DNA of 64,000 nucleotides. It comes from Octopus vulgaris. Its lineage: Eukaryota. Shown here one piece after another: positions 27,331-41,938 of the stretch. A model generated the notes under the pieces. It ran no database searches, was not told where the DNA came from, and was given only the letters and a program-made list of their open reading frames with translations. Both the position numbers and the translations under genes were made by a program. The first letter of the stretch is position 1. Each line of letters begins with the position of its first letter. The stretch lies in contig OX597834.1 of NCBI GenBank assembly GCA_951406725.2, positions 36,952,001-37,016,000 of the forward strand, read 5' to 3'.

Positions 27331-28040
27331 AGGCGGCGAGGTGGCAGAATCGTTAACATGCTGGACGAAATGCTTCGCGGTATGTCGTCTGCCGCTGTGT
27401 TCTAATTTCAAATTCCGCCGAGGTCGACTTTACCTTTAATCCTTTCGGGATCGATAAATTAAGTATTGGGTTGTCCGGAAAATTCGTGCCGCATTTTAAA
27501 AGAAAGAAAAAATACTTGCCATTACATTTTTACTCAACCAAATATGAACCATTTTGTTGCACAATGCGTCTCCATCATCAAGGTATCTTTTTACGTTGTC
27601 CAAGGAATTGAAATTTTTACCATTAAGACTATTCTGCAGAGACCTGAATAAGTGGAAATCCGAAGGAGCAACATATGGTGAATATGGAGGGTGGGGTAAC
27701 ACATCCCAGCCGAGCTGCAGCAATTTTTGTTTGGTTCCCAAAGCATCAAGTGCCGAAAATGAACTTTCTTATCTTCCATTTTAAAGGGTTACAAAATTAA
27801 CACAGGTTATAGGAACATAAACCTTCTTCCACGAAAAGATAGCTTAAACTATGTTCTAAATGGAGATGTAGTTAAATCCTATTTTATGGACTCAACCATG
27901 TTCTAAAATAAGTCGAAAGGTAAGCTACTATAAATCGGCACGAACTTTCCGGACAACCCAATGGAAGAAAAGCACAGGGACCGATATAATCGACTAGTTC
28001 CTTCCCCACAAATTCCTGGCCTTGTGACAAGAGTAGAAAG
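27331..28040 (+). mobile_element. SINE family A interrupted by a mariner derivative
   Basis: Head and body run to ...aaattaagTA (27465); the 3' part resumes after 27961 (taatcgactagttcc..ggccttgtg). Confidence 0.8.
27466..27961 (-). mobile_element. Internally deleted mariner with intact TIRs of about 30 bp
   Basis: TIRs ttgggttgtccggaaaattcgtgccgcattt / aaatcggcacgaactttccggacaacccaa. N-terminal MEDKKVHFRHLML joined to QLGWDVLPHPPYSPYVAPSDFHLFRSLQNSL. Confidence 0.92.
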
Positions 28041-28513
28041 GATAATACAGGGAGGGTGAACTTACAGTATTTAATTACATTTACATACACAGATTAGATA
28101 AGACTTGGAAATATGTAAAATTCACATTGAGGAAATTTCACCTCAGCGTTGTGCTCCGACGTGAATTTCCTATGTCACCGTCTCATCCTTGGGCGCAAAT
28201 CTGTCGCAGGGATATCCATGTACATCTTGGGGGACTGAAGCAACAAAAATGAAGTATCTTGCTCAAGAACACAACGCACAGCTAGTCTGGAAATCGAAAC
28301 TGCAATCTCGTCATCTTCAATGCAACGGCCCTTTCAGGGTCAATAAAATAAGTAACAGTTAATTACGGGGCTCGATGAAATCGACTTAAGCCCCGTCCAA
28401 CCTCCAAAGTGGCCGGACTTGGACTAAAATTTGAAACTAATATAAATACACAGACACACACAGAGAGACGCGACGGCGCACACATACACACACACACCAG
28501 GCAATGGTGAGAC

Positions 28514-28557
<44 letters not shown>

Positions 28558-28715
28558 TGTGTGTGTCTGTGTGTGTGTATTTCTGTGTGCGTGTTGCTAC
28601 ATATTAATTAGTTAGATAACTGAACGTTGAGAGGGGGGACATGGGGTGAAAGAGAAAGATAAAAGAGAATAAAACAGAGGAGAGGCTGAGAAGAACGGTG
28701 CGTATGAATTACAAA

Positions 28716-28759
<44 letters not shown>

Positions 28760-28849
28760 AAGAAAGAACGAGAGGAAGTGAGAGAGAAGAGCAAGTGTTG
28801 AGATTAAGCCATCATACGTTTTTAAGTGGAAAGTTGATGTAAAATGATT

Positions 28850-28895
<46 letters not shown>

Positions 28896-29226
28896 CTATA
28901 TATACATATACATATATATGTGTGTATATACGTATATATATATACAGACATATGTATATATATATATGTGTGTATATATACACACATATATATATATATA
29001 TATTTTTATATATATACATATATATATGTATATTTGTATGTCTGTATTTTTATATGTTTATATACCTATATATATATATATATATATATATATCACATAC
29101 ACACACTGAGATAGAGACAGACCAAGAGAGAGAAAGAGAAAGAGAGAGAAGAGCAAGTGTTGAGATTAGGCCATCATACGTTTATAAGTGGAAAGTTGAT
29201 GTACAATGATTTATATGTATATATAA

Positions 29227-29289
<63 letters not shown>

Positions 29290-29343
29290 CATATACATAT
29301 GTGTGTGTGTGTTTATATATATGTTCATTTGCAAGTGTGTGTT

Positions 29344-29393
<50 letters not shown>

Positions 29394-30039
29394 CACACAC
29401 ACACACACACACATACGTACGGGGAGAGAGATAGAGAGTGTGTTAGAGGGAGAATAATGAAAAGATACTGGAAACTTGGAGAAAGAAAGAGGAAAAGAGG
29501 GGTGGAGGTGGGAGTGGGGTGGGGGGCGAACGAGACGGGGGGTGGTGTGTGAGTTGTTGGCGATTGGTGGACGACGTCAGAGGAAGCTGCTGAGACCGCA
29601 AGGTAAGATGTATGTGTCCGGAACATTGTAGAACATTTTCATAGCTTTTAGAAGTACAGACGACGGAAGGGTGGTGGCTGGAGCGGAGAGGAATAAGAGG
29701 AGGAGGAGGAGGAGGAGGAGAATGAGAAGTGGTGACAGTGGAGGAAGGATTGGGAGTGGGAGTAAAAGGAAGAAATGGAGAAGGAGGTGAAGGAGGTGAA
29801 GGAGGAGGAGTTTGTTTTATGAAAGCAAACAACCGGCTATTTGCGAGGAAGACTTGTGGAAGCGCTTTGATGTGGACAGAAACAACAACAAAAATACAAA
29901 ACGAAACAAAAAGGAAAAAAGGAATAAAAAAAGCGAAAAAAAAAACAAAACGAGTCTGATTCAACTGTGGAGACAATGGACGAAATGATGGTGAATTTAG
30001 AGTCTATTCGAGCAGAGAATCACCTATTTATAATCAACA

Positions 30040-30274
30040 TCTACCAATATCACCATCATCATTACTATCATCATCATCATCATCATCACCAGCATCATGA
30101 GCATCATCATCGTCGTCATCATCATCATCATCGTCACCATCATGCAACCATCATCATCATCATAACCACCACCACCACCACCACCACCACCACCACCACC
30201 ACCACCACCACCACCACCACCACCATCATCATCATCATCGTCATCACCAGAGTCACCATCACGAAACCACCACA

Positions 30275-30305
<31 letters not shown>

Positions 30306-30683
30306 TCATCGTCACCATCACGCAACTACCACCACCACCACCAGCACCACAATCATCATCCTCATCATCATCCTCATTATCATCATTATCATCATCATCA
30401 TCATCATCGTCACCATCACGCAACCACCATCACCACCACCACCACCACCACCACACCACCACTACCACCATCATCATCATCATCATCATAGTCGCCGTAG
30501 TCGTCGTCGTCATTATTGCTGTTTGTTGTTTGCTTTATTATTCTAATTTTATTTATTATTTTTATTGTTGTTACCATACACACACTCATTGATAGCATAA
30601 CTAATGTGTTTGCAGAACGTGTAGTGGTTTTCGTAGTAGTAGTAGTAGTATTAGTAGTAGTTGTAGTAGTAGTAGTAGTAGTG

Positions 30684-30718
<35 letters not shown>

Positions 30719-31010
30719 TGTAGTAGTAGTAGTAGTGATGGTGGTGGTGGTGGTGGTAGTGATGGCAGTAGTAGTAGTAGTAGTAGCAGTGGTAGTGATT
30801 GTTGAGGCGGTTGCGTTGGTTACGGTGGTGGTAGTGGTTATGGTGGTCGTGGTTGTGGTGGCTATGGTGGGGGTAGTGGCGGTGGCGGTGATCGTGATGA
30901 TGTAGGTGATCGTGGTGGTGGTGGTAGCGATGGTGGTAATGGTTGCGGTGGTGGTGATGGTGATTGCTGTTTTGGTGGTGTTGGCAGCGGTGGTGGTGGT
31001 GGTGGTGCAA
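30040..31010. repeat. (CAT/CAC)n block followed by a (GTA/GTG)n block
   Basis: Direct reading. Confidence 0.9.
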
Positions 31011-31869
31011 AAGCAGCAATGGCTGTACAGAGACGTGTTACTATTTCCCGTCTATTACAATCTCTGTGATTACAGAGCAGCAAATGACAGGCTCGCTGTG
31101 AACACCTCGCTAACGTCCATTCATTTGTTCAGAGATAAAAAAAAGTACCTACAAACAAACAAACAAACACATATACATACACACACACACAAACACACAC
31201 ACACACGTGCAGACACATACACACATACACACATACACACACGCACAGACATTCACAAAGAAATACGGACACACACACATACACACACATACATATATAC
31301 ATACATATATACATACATACATACATACATGCATACATACATACATACATTTATATATATATATTTATATATATATATATACACTCACATTTATATATAG
31401 TCACACACTCTTGCGAATTTGCAGAGTCTTTAGAGCATCGTACAGATTGCTTTGCAACATTTGTTTCAATTCCTTCGTCTCTGAGTTCAAATTCTGCCAA
31501 GTTAACAAATTTGTGTAACTACTGACTTAACGAAAGCTAACTTCCAACCTGAGTCTCTGAACCTGGGACCTGGCACTGGAATGTCTTTTCGTATGCCAAA
31601 CGAGAAACTTAAGGTAATGAATAAATAATCTTCTCATTTGTTCATTTTGTTTGAAGGCCACCACATCTAATACAGTTTCTTTTTATCCTTGTATTTGTTT
31701 TATATTTTGCTTGTTCCGGTCATTAGACTGCAGCCATTCTGTGACATAGTGTGGCACACTGAAAGGTTTTAGTCGAACAGATCAACCCCAGTGCTTGTTT
31801 TGTTAAACTCAATACTTCTATTTGTCTGTTTTGCTGAAATTGAAATTACCGCAGCAATCTCAAAACCTA

Positions 31870-32200
31870 CAGTTTAAAAGAATAATTACATAAGTACGAA
31901 TGAAGAGCAATTCAAAGGAAGATTTCACAACCACAGCTGATCATTCAGACACATTGACAAGAGAAAATTGTCAACATTAGCCGACCGCATCAAGAAACTA
32001 AGAAACCATTACATTAATGTTAGTAGCAAGTGAATAGTGTTTGAATGGTGGAAGCCATACTGAAACGGATCAAGAAAATGTAGGCTTTGTACAACGGAAA
32101 GAACATATATCTTACCTAAGAATAAAGAACTTGATGAAATATTAAAACAGTAAAAACGAGATCATAGGAAAGAGTCCCAATACCTACAAATTCTACCATG
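31870..32200 (+). mobile_element. Decayed PLE GIY-YIG endonuclease fragment
   Basis: NYISTNEEQFKGRFHNHS*SFRHIDKRKLSTLADRIKKL..PY*NGSRKCRLCTTERTYIL. Confidence 0.75.
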
Positions 32201-33158
32201 TTGGAAAAATTTACCATCACCTGGCCATCCTCTTTCGCTTACATAACATTTGATAGCGCAGAGGAAGGTGACTTGCATTCAGGGCCAAAAAGGAAGAAAA
32301 AAAGAAAGCCTTTGACCAAGCTTGCGTATACTTCTTCACGAGTATCCCTATAATTTACTGTCCCTGATGGGACGAAAGGCAATGTTGGCCTGGGTGGAGT
32401 TTGAACTCAGAACGTAAAGAGATGTGACCAAACACCACAGGCTATTTTGTTCGATATTCTTCCATTTCTTAGATAAGAAAGAAATGATTAGGTCGCGTAC
32501 GAAACAGTAAGAAGGATAAAACCTCTAAAACAACTTTTCGTGGGGTCGCTAAATGTGCAAGAGTCAGCAGCGAATTCTCCTTCTAATCGCAATCTACAGC
32601 CTGAAAAAAAAAAAGAAATAAAGGACATAATAAATAATGTAGTCCTAGATAGATTATGCCAGAATAAATGACAGGATGATCACGGTTGGAAAGCTTCCAT
32701 TAATCATAGGTCTGTTCAAACACAGCTAACCAGAAGTAAAACACTAGCTAGAACAACAGCAACAAAAACAACCATAAAACGGTGTAAATACAAAGAGTAA
32801 AGCTTGAACATGTTAGATGTTGCTTCCTTTGGTACCAAACCTTCAGAAGCAGAGACACAGTAGTGTTTTCAGTAGCATTGTTCTTTCTACGAAGGAAGTC
32901 TTTGTAGCGTTGTTTAGTCAAATGTGTAATAGTTACAATAGCTTTAGGCTGCACGCACCGTTTCTCTTGTTTTGTCTTCATCAGAACACAGTAAAACAAA
33001 GTTGATATCTTTGTTAACCGCTTTGCCGTTTGGGTGGAAATGTCTTCAAACTTCTTTCGATTTTCCTTTTTGCTTTGAGATTCTTTTAAACTTTCTTGAC
33101 TTTATACTTCCTTCCTAAATATTATTTAAATATTGATGGTGTCGTAAATTTGTGTAGT

Positions 33159-33248
<90 letters not shown>

Positions 33249-33551
33249 TGCAAGGTGTGGAGATGATGTACAGGTATTTTAGATTAGAAGAAATGAGGTA
33301 CTCAGAAAATCGGATGGTTTACAGATATTTATTTGTATAATACATTTTTTATATATCATATAACTTAGATCATGTATTAGCGCTTTCTTCCATTCTAGCG
33401 GGGTTTTCAAATCGAACTAAGTTCCTGTGAAAAAGTTTTGACCATTTTATAGTGGTATTGAGTTTGTAGTGGTGGGGAAGAATATAAGACAGTACAAGAG
33501 GGTGATGGACGAGGAAAAAGTGAGAGAGAGAGAGAGAGAGAGAGAGCATGT

Positions 33552-33582
<31 letters not shown>

Positions 33583-33714
33583 CGCGTGTGTGTGTGCTTT
33601 TGTATTTGGAATGAGTGCTAAAGAAATAAAGGGGAAGGGAGAGGGAAGAAGAAGAAAATAATTTTTTTTGCTCTGCTGGACAGCATGCTTACTCCAAGGG
33701 GGGGGGTCTAAGAT

Positions 33715-34033
33715 CAACTCAACTCCGTCGGTCACGAATGCCCATGGGTGTACCTAAGAATTCCCCTTCCGGAGTACAAGTCTAGTCGGCTTACTGGCGA
33801 ACGCACAACCTCGGGTTGTTTTCATGGAAGACCAGCATTTACCCGTGCATACCAGCTTCCCCTCTCTACACCACCGATGTTATCCAAGAGAAAGACAAAG
33901 GGGCCGATACAGCTTGGCACCAGTGACGTCGCAACTCATTTCTACAGCTGGGTGAACTGGAGAAACGCGAAATAAAGTGTATTCCTCAAGAACACAACAC
34001 ACAGCCCGGTCCGGGAATCGAATTCACAACCTC
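33715..34033 (-). mobile_element. SINE family C variant
   Basis: Shares the CORE-like segment (gttgtgttcttgag..cactttatttc..ctccagttcacccagctg) and the 3' end (gtgaccgacggagt) with 44467-44800; the middle differs. Confidence 0.75.
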
Positions 34034-34909
34034 CGTGTGTGTGTGTGTGTGTGTTTCCCGCTTTCACTGCTTGATAACCTGAACTGGTTTGTTTACGTTC
34101 CGGTAACTTAGCGGTTGTAGCAAAAGAGAGACTAATAGAATAAGTAGTAGAATTCAAGGCGGTGCCCCAGCATGACCGTAGTCCAATGACTGAAACTTGT
34201 AAAAGAGAGAAAAATAAAAGATAAGTAACGATACCATTTCGCGAACATTCTTTAATAAATAAAAAATCAATCGGAATCTATTTTCTCCAAGTCCATTAAG
34301 ATGTTCTCTTAATACAAGAACTAAAACCAAAATGTAATATTAAAGATTTAAAAAAGAAAAAGGAAAATAGATTCCTGGCCATAAACTAGAGATACATTTG
34401 CATCAAGGGAACCCGAAGACATTCTTTCTAACCGAAAACAAGAACCAAATAGTAAAGATCTCAGCAACTTGCACGTTTTTATTATTCCAAGCCAAGCGGA
34501 ACTCGCAGTTTTAGCGTTTCATTCTAAAATTGCCTGCAGTGTGTTACCAAAATTTGATGTCGCTCGTCTAAATGTCAGTTCGTCGTTTATTTGATAAATT
34601 GTATTAGATGAGAGAAAATTATTGTGAAGTTAGAAAGAGGGAGAGTAGGAGGGAAAGAGAAGGAATTAAAGATAAATTCTGTTATCTTGGTGAGATAATA
34701 TAATTCGTTCGATGTTTGGCACAAGGCCTGAAATTTCGAGGGAGAAAGATATTCCCCAGTACTCAACTGGTACTTATTTAAGCGACCTCAGTACTCAACT
34801 GGTACTAGTTTAATTGAACTCAGTGTTCAACTGCTATTTATTTAATTGACCCAGAAAGAATAAAATGTAAAGTCTATCTCGGGGCAATTTGAACTCCGAA
34901 CTCAAAACC

Positions 34910-35151
34910 AGAAATACCTATTTCTTAACTACCTACTAGGGGCTAAACACAGAGAGGACAAACAAGGACAGACAAACGGATTAAGTCGATTACATCGACC
35001 CCAGTGCGTAACTGGTACTTATTTAATCGACCCCGAACGGATGAAAGGCAAAGTCGACCTCGGCGGAATTTGAACTCAGAACGTTACCCGCAGACGAAAT
35101 ACCGCTAAGCATTTCGTCCGCCGTGCTAACGATTCTGCCAGCTCGCTGCCT
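34910..35151 (-). mobile_element. Young SINE family A nested in an older family A copy (about 34715-35220)
   Basis: 15-bp TSD TCCGAACTCAAAACC at 34895-34909 and 35152-35166. Confidence 0.88.
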
Positions 35152-35237
35152 TCCGAACTCAAAACCGGAAATACAGCTAAGCATTTTCTCGGTGTGAGGA
35201 CGATTTTGCTAGCTCACCGATTTTCCGTGGGATAATA

Positions 35238-35616
35238 CACTACCGTCAGAAATTAATTAGCACCCTTGATTTGCTCTTCACTCAAGGTATGTGCTGTCAC
35301 CTAGTGGCCATATCTCGAACTATTGCTTTGTTGCGAGTTCACTGTTGCGCAGAACGATGACGTAACTTTGTTTGCAGAGCAGTTTGAGAGTCTACAGCCT
35401 TATGATGTTGACATAGCAGTGCAACAACAACTTGGAGTGCGGATGCAGACAAACTTCCTTTGTTTAATAGATATAGGTAGCGCCTCGCAAGGACCGAAAT
35501 CACACCATACTAAGTTTTCTCATCACGTAAGACGTTTTGAACAGCTCATAGGTTAATTGATTTAACCTATTTAATGTAGAAATTTGAGAAGTGCTAATTA
35601 ATTTCTGACGCAAGTG
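35238..35616. mobile_element. Tc1-type MITE
   Basis: TIRs of about 26 bp (cactaccgtcagaaattaattagcac / gtgctaattaatttctgacgcaagtg) flanked by TA on both sides. Confidence 0.88.
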
Positions 35617-35789
35617 TATATTATTTAATTAAAGATTTCGATTATTGGTGTAACAGAAATACATTAATAAACTAGAACACCTGGTGGCATCAATATTCTT
35701 TTAACAGGGGATCCTAGATGCAGTACATGGTACTCGGACTAAGTTTGGCAATTTTTTATGTCTCCTTTTTTGTTCAAGAAAAGCTTGTC

Positions 35790-36120
35790 CTATTGGTGAA
35801 CAGTCAACGATTATAATCCCATGGATTACTATGTGTGAGGCGCGGGTGAGAAAGACACCAACCGATCAGCCAGCAACATCAAAGCCGAGCTGGTGGCTAA
35901 GATCAAGGAGGTATTCGAAATCTTCTCAGGGACAATGAGCCAGGTTCCGGAGCTATCTTACGACCATACTTGAGGCTGAGGGTAGCTACTTTGAGCAAAC
36001 CGTTATCTTGCAGCCATAATCTGCTTTATATATTTGGATTTTTAAAAAAATACTTTTATTTTTGAATGAAATATTGTTTTCCTTTCGTTTTATGCAAACT
36101 GTCAAATTTAGCCAGGACCC
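35790..36120 (+). mobile_element. Tc1/mariner (maT-like) transposase 3' remnant
   Basis: DYNPMDYYV*GAGEKDTN..KAELVAKIKEVF..RFRSYLTTILEAEGSYFE. Confidence 0.7.
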
Positions 36121-39100
36121 ACAAAGCAAGGATTTTGAGACGAAGGGGCGTAGTCGTTTAAAAGAAGCCCAGTGTTTGACTGGTGCTTTATTTTAATCAT
36201 ATCCTGATGGCATTTACTTCGTCTCCAATGATTCAGCAAATTCACACTTTCTTCAATAAACAGTTTTCTTTCAATCGTATTTTTCTTTCCTTTTTTCTTT
36301 TCTTATTTTTTCATTTCTCTACTGAACGAGGAGAGAGAAGATTAATCTCAGACTGAACTCATAATTTAAAGGGCCACACAACTAAATGTTGGGTAACATT
36401 TTGTCCTATGCGCTAATGTTTCAGTCAGTCTACAATTCTATAGTATAAACAATTTTATTAACCACCGATGTCTTGTTTAAGCTCAAAGGTCCGGGTACCT
36501 CTGACTGACGAGATACAGCGTGATGAAAAACTGCTCTTTTACCAGTGAGCCGAGTGTTCTATGAATACATTATCGTCGTGAAAGAAGGAAGTTGTTCTTT
36601 TACGATGTACACAACAACGACTAGCAAATTTGTATTCGAATCTACTGAAACGTATTTAGAATAAATATGCAAATCATCGTCTCAGATCTCTTTGTACACA
36701 AAACAAATAAAGACTTTATTACAAAATTGATTTTAAAAACTTATTTGAAGAAAACGAAATAAAAAGAGTATATTTATTCAATTTATTCATTAATTTCATA
36801 TATGCAACATACGAAAAAAAAAATAACGTCTGTGTTATATTTTTGGTGAAAGCTTATTTTGTCCTTGCACGTCACTGAAAAAGTGGTCATGAATATTTCA
36901 CTCTCAAATGCAACAATAGATTGTGTCATGAAAAAATAAAGATAAGACAGAAGAGACAGAGAAAAGAAGAGAGAAGTGTAATAAAAATAGCAACAATTTT
37001 GTTAAACCTTTAGTCAATAAAACAGTTAAGTCTAAAGTGAAGCCGTTTCAATTTATCCATTGCAGTTCATTCTACCACTCGAAAGTACTTATTTTTGAGG
37101 TGGGTAGACTATTTTACAAAACAGTCAATTCTGCTGTTTCTAAGGCTTGTATTCTGTTTTCCACTTAAACATTTGTCGATATACAACAATTGTGATATTG
37201 AAAAGTGTCAGGAAAACATTCATTGAAACTTAACATTCACCGCTATGTTTATGTATGAGGAAGTTTTGGCTAATATATTTCACCAAAATATCTTGTTAAT
37301 ATTGTGGCCTAAATTATTATGTATATAAAAGCCCCTTTGACACTCATCATCAGCCACAAATATTATAAACATACTAATACATACTCACAAATGTGAAATT
37401 TTTTATGTGGTTTCTTGACTCGCTAGAAAAGGCAGCCAAGTTTTCTTCATATAAGTCAAAAAGACACATCATAAATAATGATAAAAACAGAACCTTGACA
37501 AGGAAACAAGGAACGTTTTCTTAAAGTTTTTGTTATAGAGAAATCATCCAGGTAATGTAAATATTATACAATATGTGAGTGCGTGTGTATGTTTGTGTGT
37601 GTATTGAGTTTGAAGAATATGATATAAAATATTTTTTTGATAAATGTTTTTAGTCAAACAATATCAAAATATCATTAATTAAGACTTCGTCAAAAGACAA
37701 CCTAAAGTTCCATAACTTTCCACATAAAAAAGCGCTTGATATAATATCTATTATTCTGAAAAATAATTGTTGTGGTAAAGTTAATTAATATTTTCAAATA
37801 TATTAAAGGTTGCATTTTAAATATCAAAGACAATTAGAATTTAAAATGTTACCCTCTTGCCTGGTATCGAACTCGTAATGATAATATTAATGCCTCAGTG
37901 TAGTTTTAAATTAGGGGCGCAACAGATACAGATCTAGTTTGAGGAACGCTGTGTAACACTGATTTCATACGATAATACAACACCATACATTTAATGGGAA
38001 GGTGTATCGTGGATTGAATCTACCCCCAGTACACAACTGGTATTTATTTTATTGAACACGTAGGTTTGAGAATCATAATCGACTTTAACAGGATTTGAAC
38101 GAAGAACTTAAAAAGCGACGAAATACTATAATGTATTCAGTTCGTTTCTTCTTGATTTCTGATATTTGACTAATTTCAGAAACAAGAGGAATGATAGAAT
38201 CAGCAGAACTATGGATAACTTAAGTGTTGACTTAGGACTTTTTAGTTCCGTGTTCAAATCCAGCCAAGGTCGACTTCCACACAGTTTCCACCAACCAAAT
38301 TCACTCGCAAGACTCTGGTTGATGAGGTACCATAGCAGACGTAACTGCCCAAGATGCCGTGCACCGGAACTGAACTTGAAACCATGTGACTACAAAGCGA
38401 GCTTCATAGCAACACAGCCACGCCAACACTTATTGTATTTCTTGTTTTCATATTTTCCTATTGTGCTCCTCGGAATATTCCAAAACCTATGATGTGGCAT
38501 CCCAGGCCGCTTTCCTGCTTGCCTTTTATCTTCCCAGTTTTGATATGTATATATATATAAGCAGACATATACATAGATATATAAGCACACATGTACATAG
38601 ATATATAAGCATATATACGTACGTACTTTTATCTATAATGCACATATGTGTGTATATATGTAGTAAACACGTACTGTTATGCATACACATGTAGATTCAC
38701 GCAAAGTACACTCAAAAGTCCGAAATTTTGTCTTGTGTTGAGTACTGATGCGGATCTAATCAGGCTTACCCATCACACACATTTGCGGGCTTGTGCATTC
38801 ACCAGAAGTTCGGTTTAACACCAATATTAGGTAATTCGGTGCTTTTATCTAACTCCAGCCTGTTGCAAGCGTTACAATGATGATATCTCCATATCTTCCA
38901 CGCTCTCTTGGTGAGGTTGAAAAAGTTCACGAACGGTGTTCGCCTATTAAAAGAAATCAATGTTGGTCAACGCTGCAATTGATGAGGAAAGACTCAAGTT
39001 TTGTGAGACTATTAACACGGTTTCGATTTTCGATAAAAGCCCTCCCCCATCTTCCCCAAACTTTAAACACACAAAAGAAAGCATTCCTCTTCAGCTACAC

Positions 39101-39522
39101 CGCATAGTTTCATAAACAATATAGTTTTATAGTATTAAATCTTCTCTATAACGACTTTGAAATTGATAGGTGGTTGTGTACTCCGGCAGCTTAGCAGCAC
39201 AATACGGATTTCGGACAAAAGGACAGAGAAGTCAAAGAAACGGAAAAGACAGGAAGAGAAACGAAACGAAACTGAAATTCCTTCTTCCTTCTTCTTTCTG
39301 TCTTCGTAATTAGAATATTTGCAAAAGGAAACATCTACAAAGACTTTTTGGACACGAGTCTTGTTTTATTGTATTCAATCTGACTGCAAACCTGCAGGGA
39401 ACATTATTTATAATGCAAACAGACGTAGATTGTGTTTATATACTCACACACATGCACAAACACACACACACACACACACACATACGCTCACACACACAGA
39501 CACACACTTTATATATATAAGC

Positions 39523-39619
<97 letters not shown>

Positions 39620-39924
39620 TTTGTATATATATATATATGTTCACATGTATACGTGTATGTATATTGATTTATAAGTGTACATATTTTATATACTCACAAG
39701 TCTAAGTATATGCTTGTGTGTCTGCGTGTATGTATGGGTGTGTTTGTTTGTCTGTGTATGTGTCTGTCTGTAAATATATAGATATATGAATACTTACATA
39801 TGTAGACACAGATAAGAGATATTTAAGTGATATATGTATTTTTGTACATACATAGACAAAGATGTACACATATATACATACATATGTACGCATATATATA
39901 TATATTTATATACATATATAAATG

Positions 39925-39996
<72 letters not shown>

Positions 39997-40439
39997 AGCA
40001 GACATATACATAGATATATAGGCACACATGTACATAGATATATAAGCATGTATACGTACGTACTTTTATCTATAACGCACGCATGTGTGTATATATGCAG
40101 TATACACGCACTGTTATGCATACACATGTAGATTCACGACAAGTACACTCAAAAGCATATACACAACAACCATATGTCAGTAAGTAATGATATGAGCACA
40201 GTAACCATCAGTGTAGATAGTATATTTCATTGAGCCAATGACCAGAACGATTGTTAATCGGTTTTATATTGTGACGTGCATATATCTTAACGGCTTCTCT
40301 GGTTTCATATAAAAAATAGGGTTGCCTTACACATTCTATGGAAAGAAAAGAAAGAGAAACTGAGCTGTAGGCAATGTGTCTGTCTGTCTGCCTGTCCGTC
40401 TGCCTGTCTGTCTGTCTGCCTGCCTGCCTGTCTATCTGC

Positions 40440-40517
<78 letters not shown>

Positions 40518-40531
40518 GCCCATGTTCAGCT

Positions 40532-40562
<31 letters not shown>

Positions 40563-40573
40563 ATATATATATT

Positions 40574-40624
<51 letters not shown>

Positions 40625-40818
40625 TATAATATATATATGCATACATACATATACGTGTATATATATATAAATATAGATATATCTGTATATATATATGCAT
40701 ACACATATACATTAGTATATATACATACATATATTCATAATATACTTTTGTCTCTCTGTCTCCCTCTCTCCCTCTCTCTCTCTCTTTCTCTCTTTCTCTC
40801 TCTCTATATATATAAATG

Positions 40819-40876
<58 letters not shown>

Positions 40877-41299
40877 TATATGTATAGATATATATACTAT
40901 ACACAGTATATGAGTATAGTCATATATCATCAACAGTATTTGGCGAAATATCAAAGAAAAAACAAACAAACAACAACAACAACAACAACCAATAAAGAAT
41001 TTTAAAATTAATTGTCCTGTATTTATTTCACGAAGCTCTTTACGGGAGACAGAACAAAACAGAAAAGAAGAACACAATGGAACAGACTTCGATTTCAGAA
41101 TTGCTCTAACGTATAAAAATGATATTAAATCATATGAAATCAGTATTTCATTGTGTTCATTGTTGGTTGTGGTCGTTTGGTTACCACAGTTCAGCATTGA
41201 TTGAACAGACTTGTGTTTGAAGATGTAGCAGCTGTGATTGGCCTGTCCTTTCTTGAATTTTTTTTTTTATATCTACGACCGTCTGGTATAGAGTAATTA

Positions 41300-41660
41300 T
41301 TGGTAAAACTGCGGCCCGCAGGACCTACTCAGTGGCACAACTAACGTAAATTTACCTTGAATATTTTTAGGTGTGTGCGGCCCGCCTGATATTAATGGGC
41401 CGTGTCTTATTTTTTTCCTGAAAGTTAGTCCAAACTTAGTGTAATGAGTTTTAGTCAAAAAGAAAAGAAAACAAGAAAAAGAACAAAATAACAGATATAG
41501 TGTGTGATTTTGATGAGATTTAGGTGCTATTTCTAGCAAGTGTGGAAGTTCCCAGGAGAGGTTCGGAGCATCGTAAAAGGTTGAAGTACGATGTAAAAAG
41601 TTTACAAGAAATGAGATCTTTTCAATGCTAGCACAAAAATGTGGGTCGCAGTATTGACTA
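41300..41660. mobile_element. Possible degenerate hAT/Charlie-like MITE
   Basis: Repeated TGCGGCCCGC motifs at the left end and a related inverted motif (gtgggtcgcag) at the right end. Confidence 0.4.
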
Positions 41661-41696
41661 ATAAACTTTGAATATAATTTGTAGTATATTATAGTA

Positions 41697-41875
41697 GGTG
41701 CAGGCGTGGCTATGTGGTAAGAGGCTTGCTTCCCAAGCACATGGTTTCAGTTTCAGTCCCACCGTGTGGCACATTTGGCAAATGTCTTTTACTATTTCCT
41801 CGGGGGGTCGACCAAAGCCTTGTGAGTGGATTTGGTAGAGGGCCCCTGAAAGCAGTCTGTCGAATACATACATAC

Positions 41876-41938
<63 letters not shown>

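Noticed and set aside
32945-32995. Minus-strand CTGATGA..GAAAC
   Set aside because: No pairing in stem II and no convincing NUH/stem I; at best a decayed HHR.
36400-37850. Microsatellite-poor unique island with octamer ATGCAAAT at about 36667
   Set aside because: A single short motif in AT-rich DNA is expected by chance; no conservation data.
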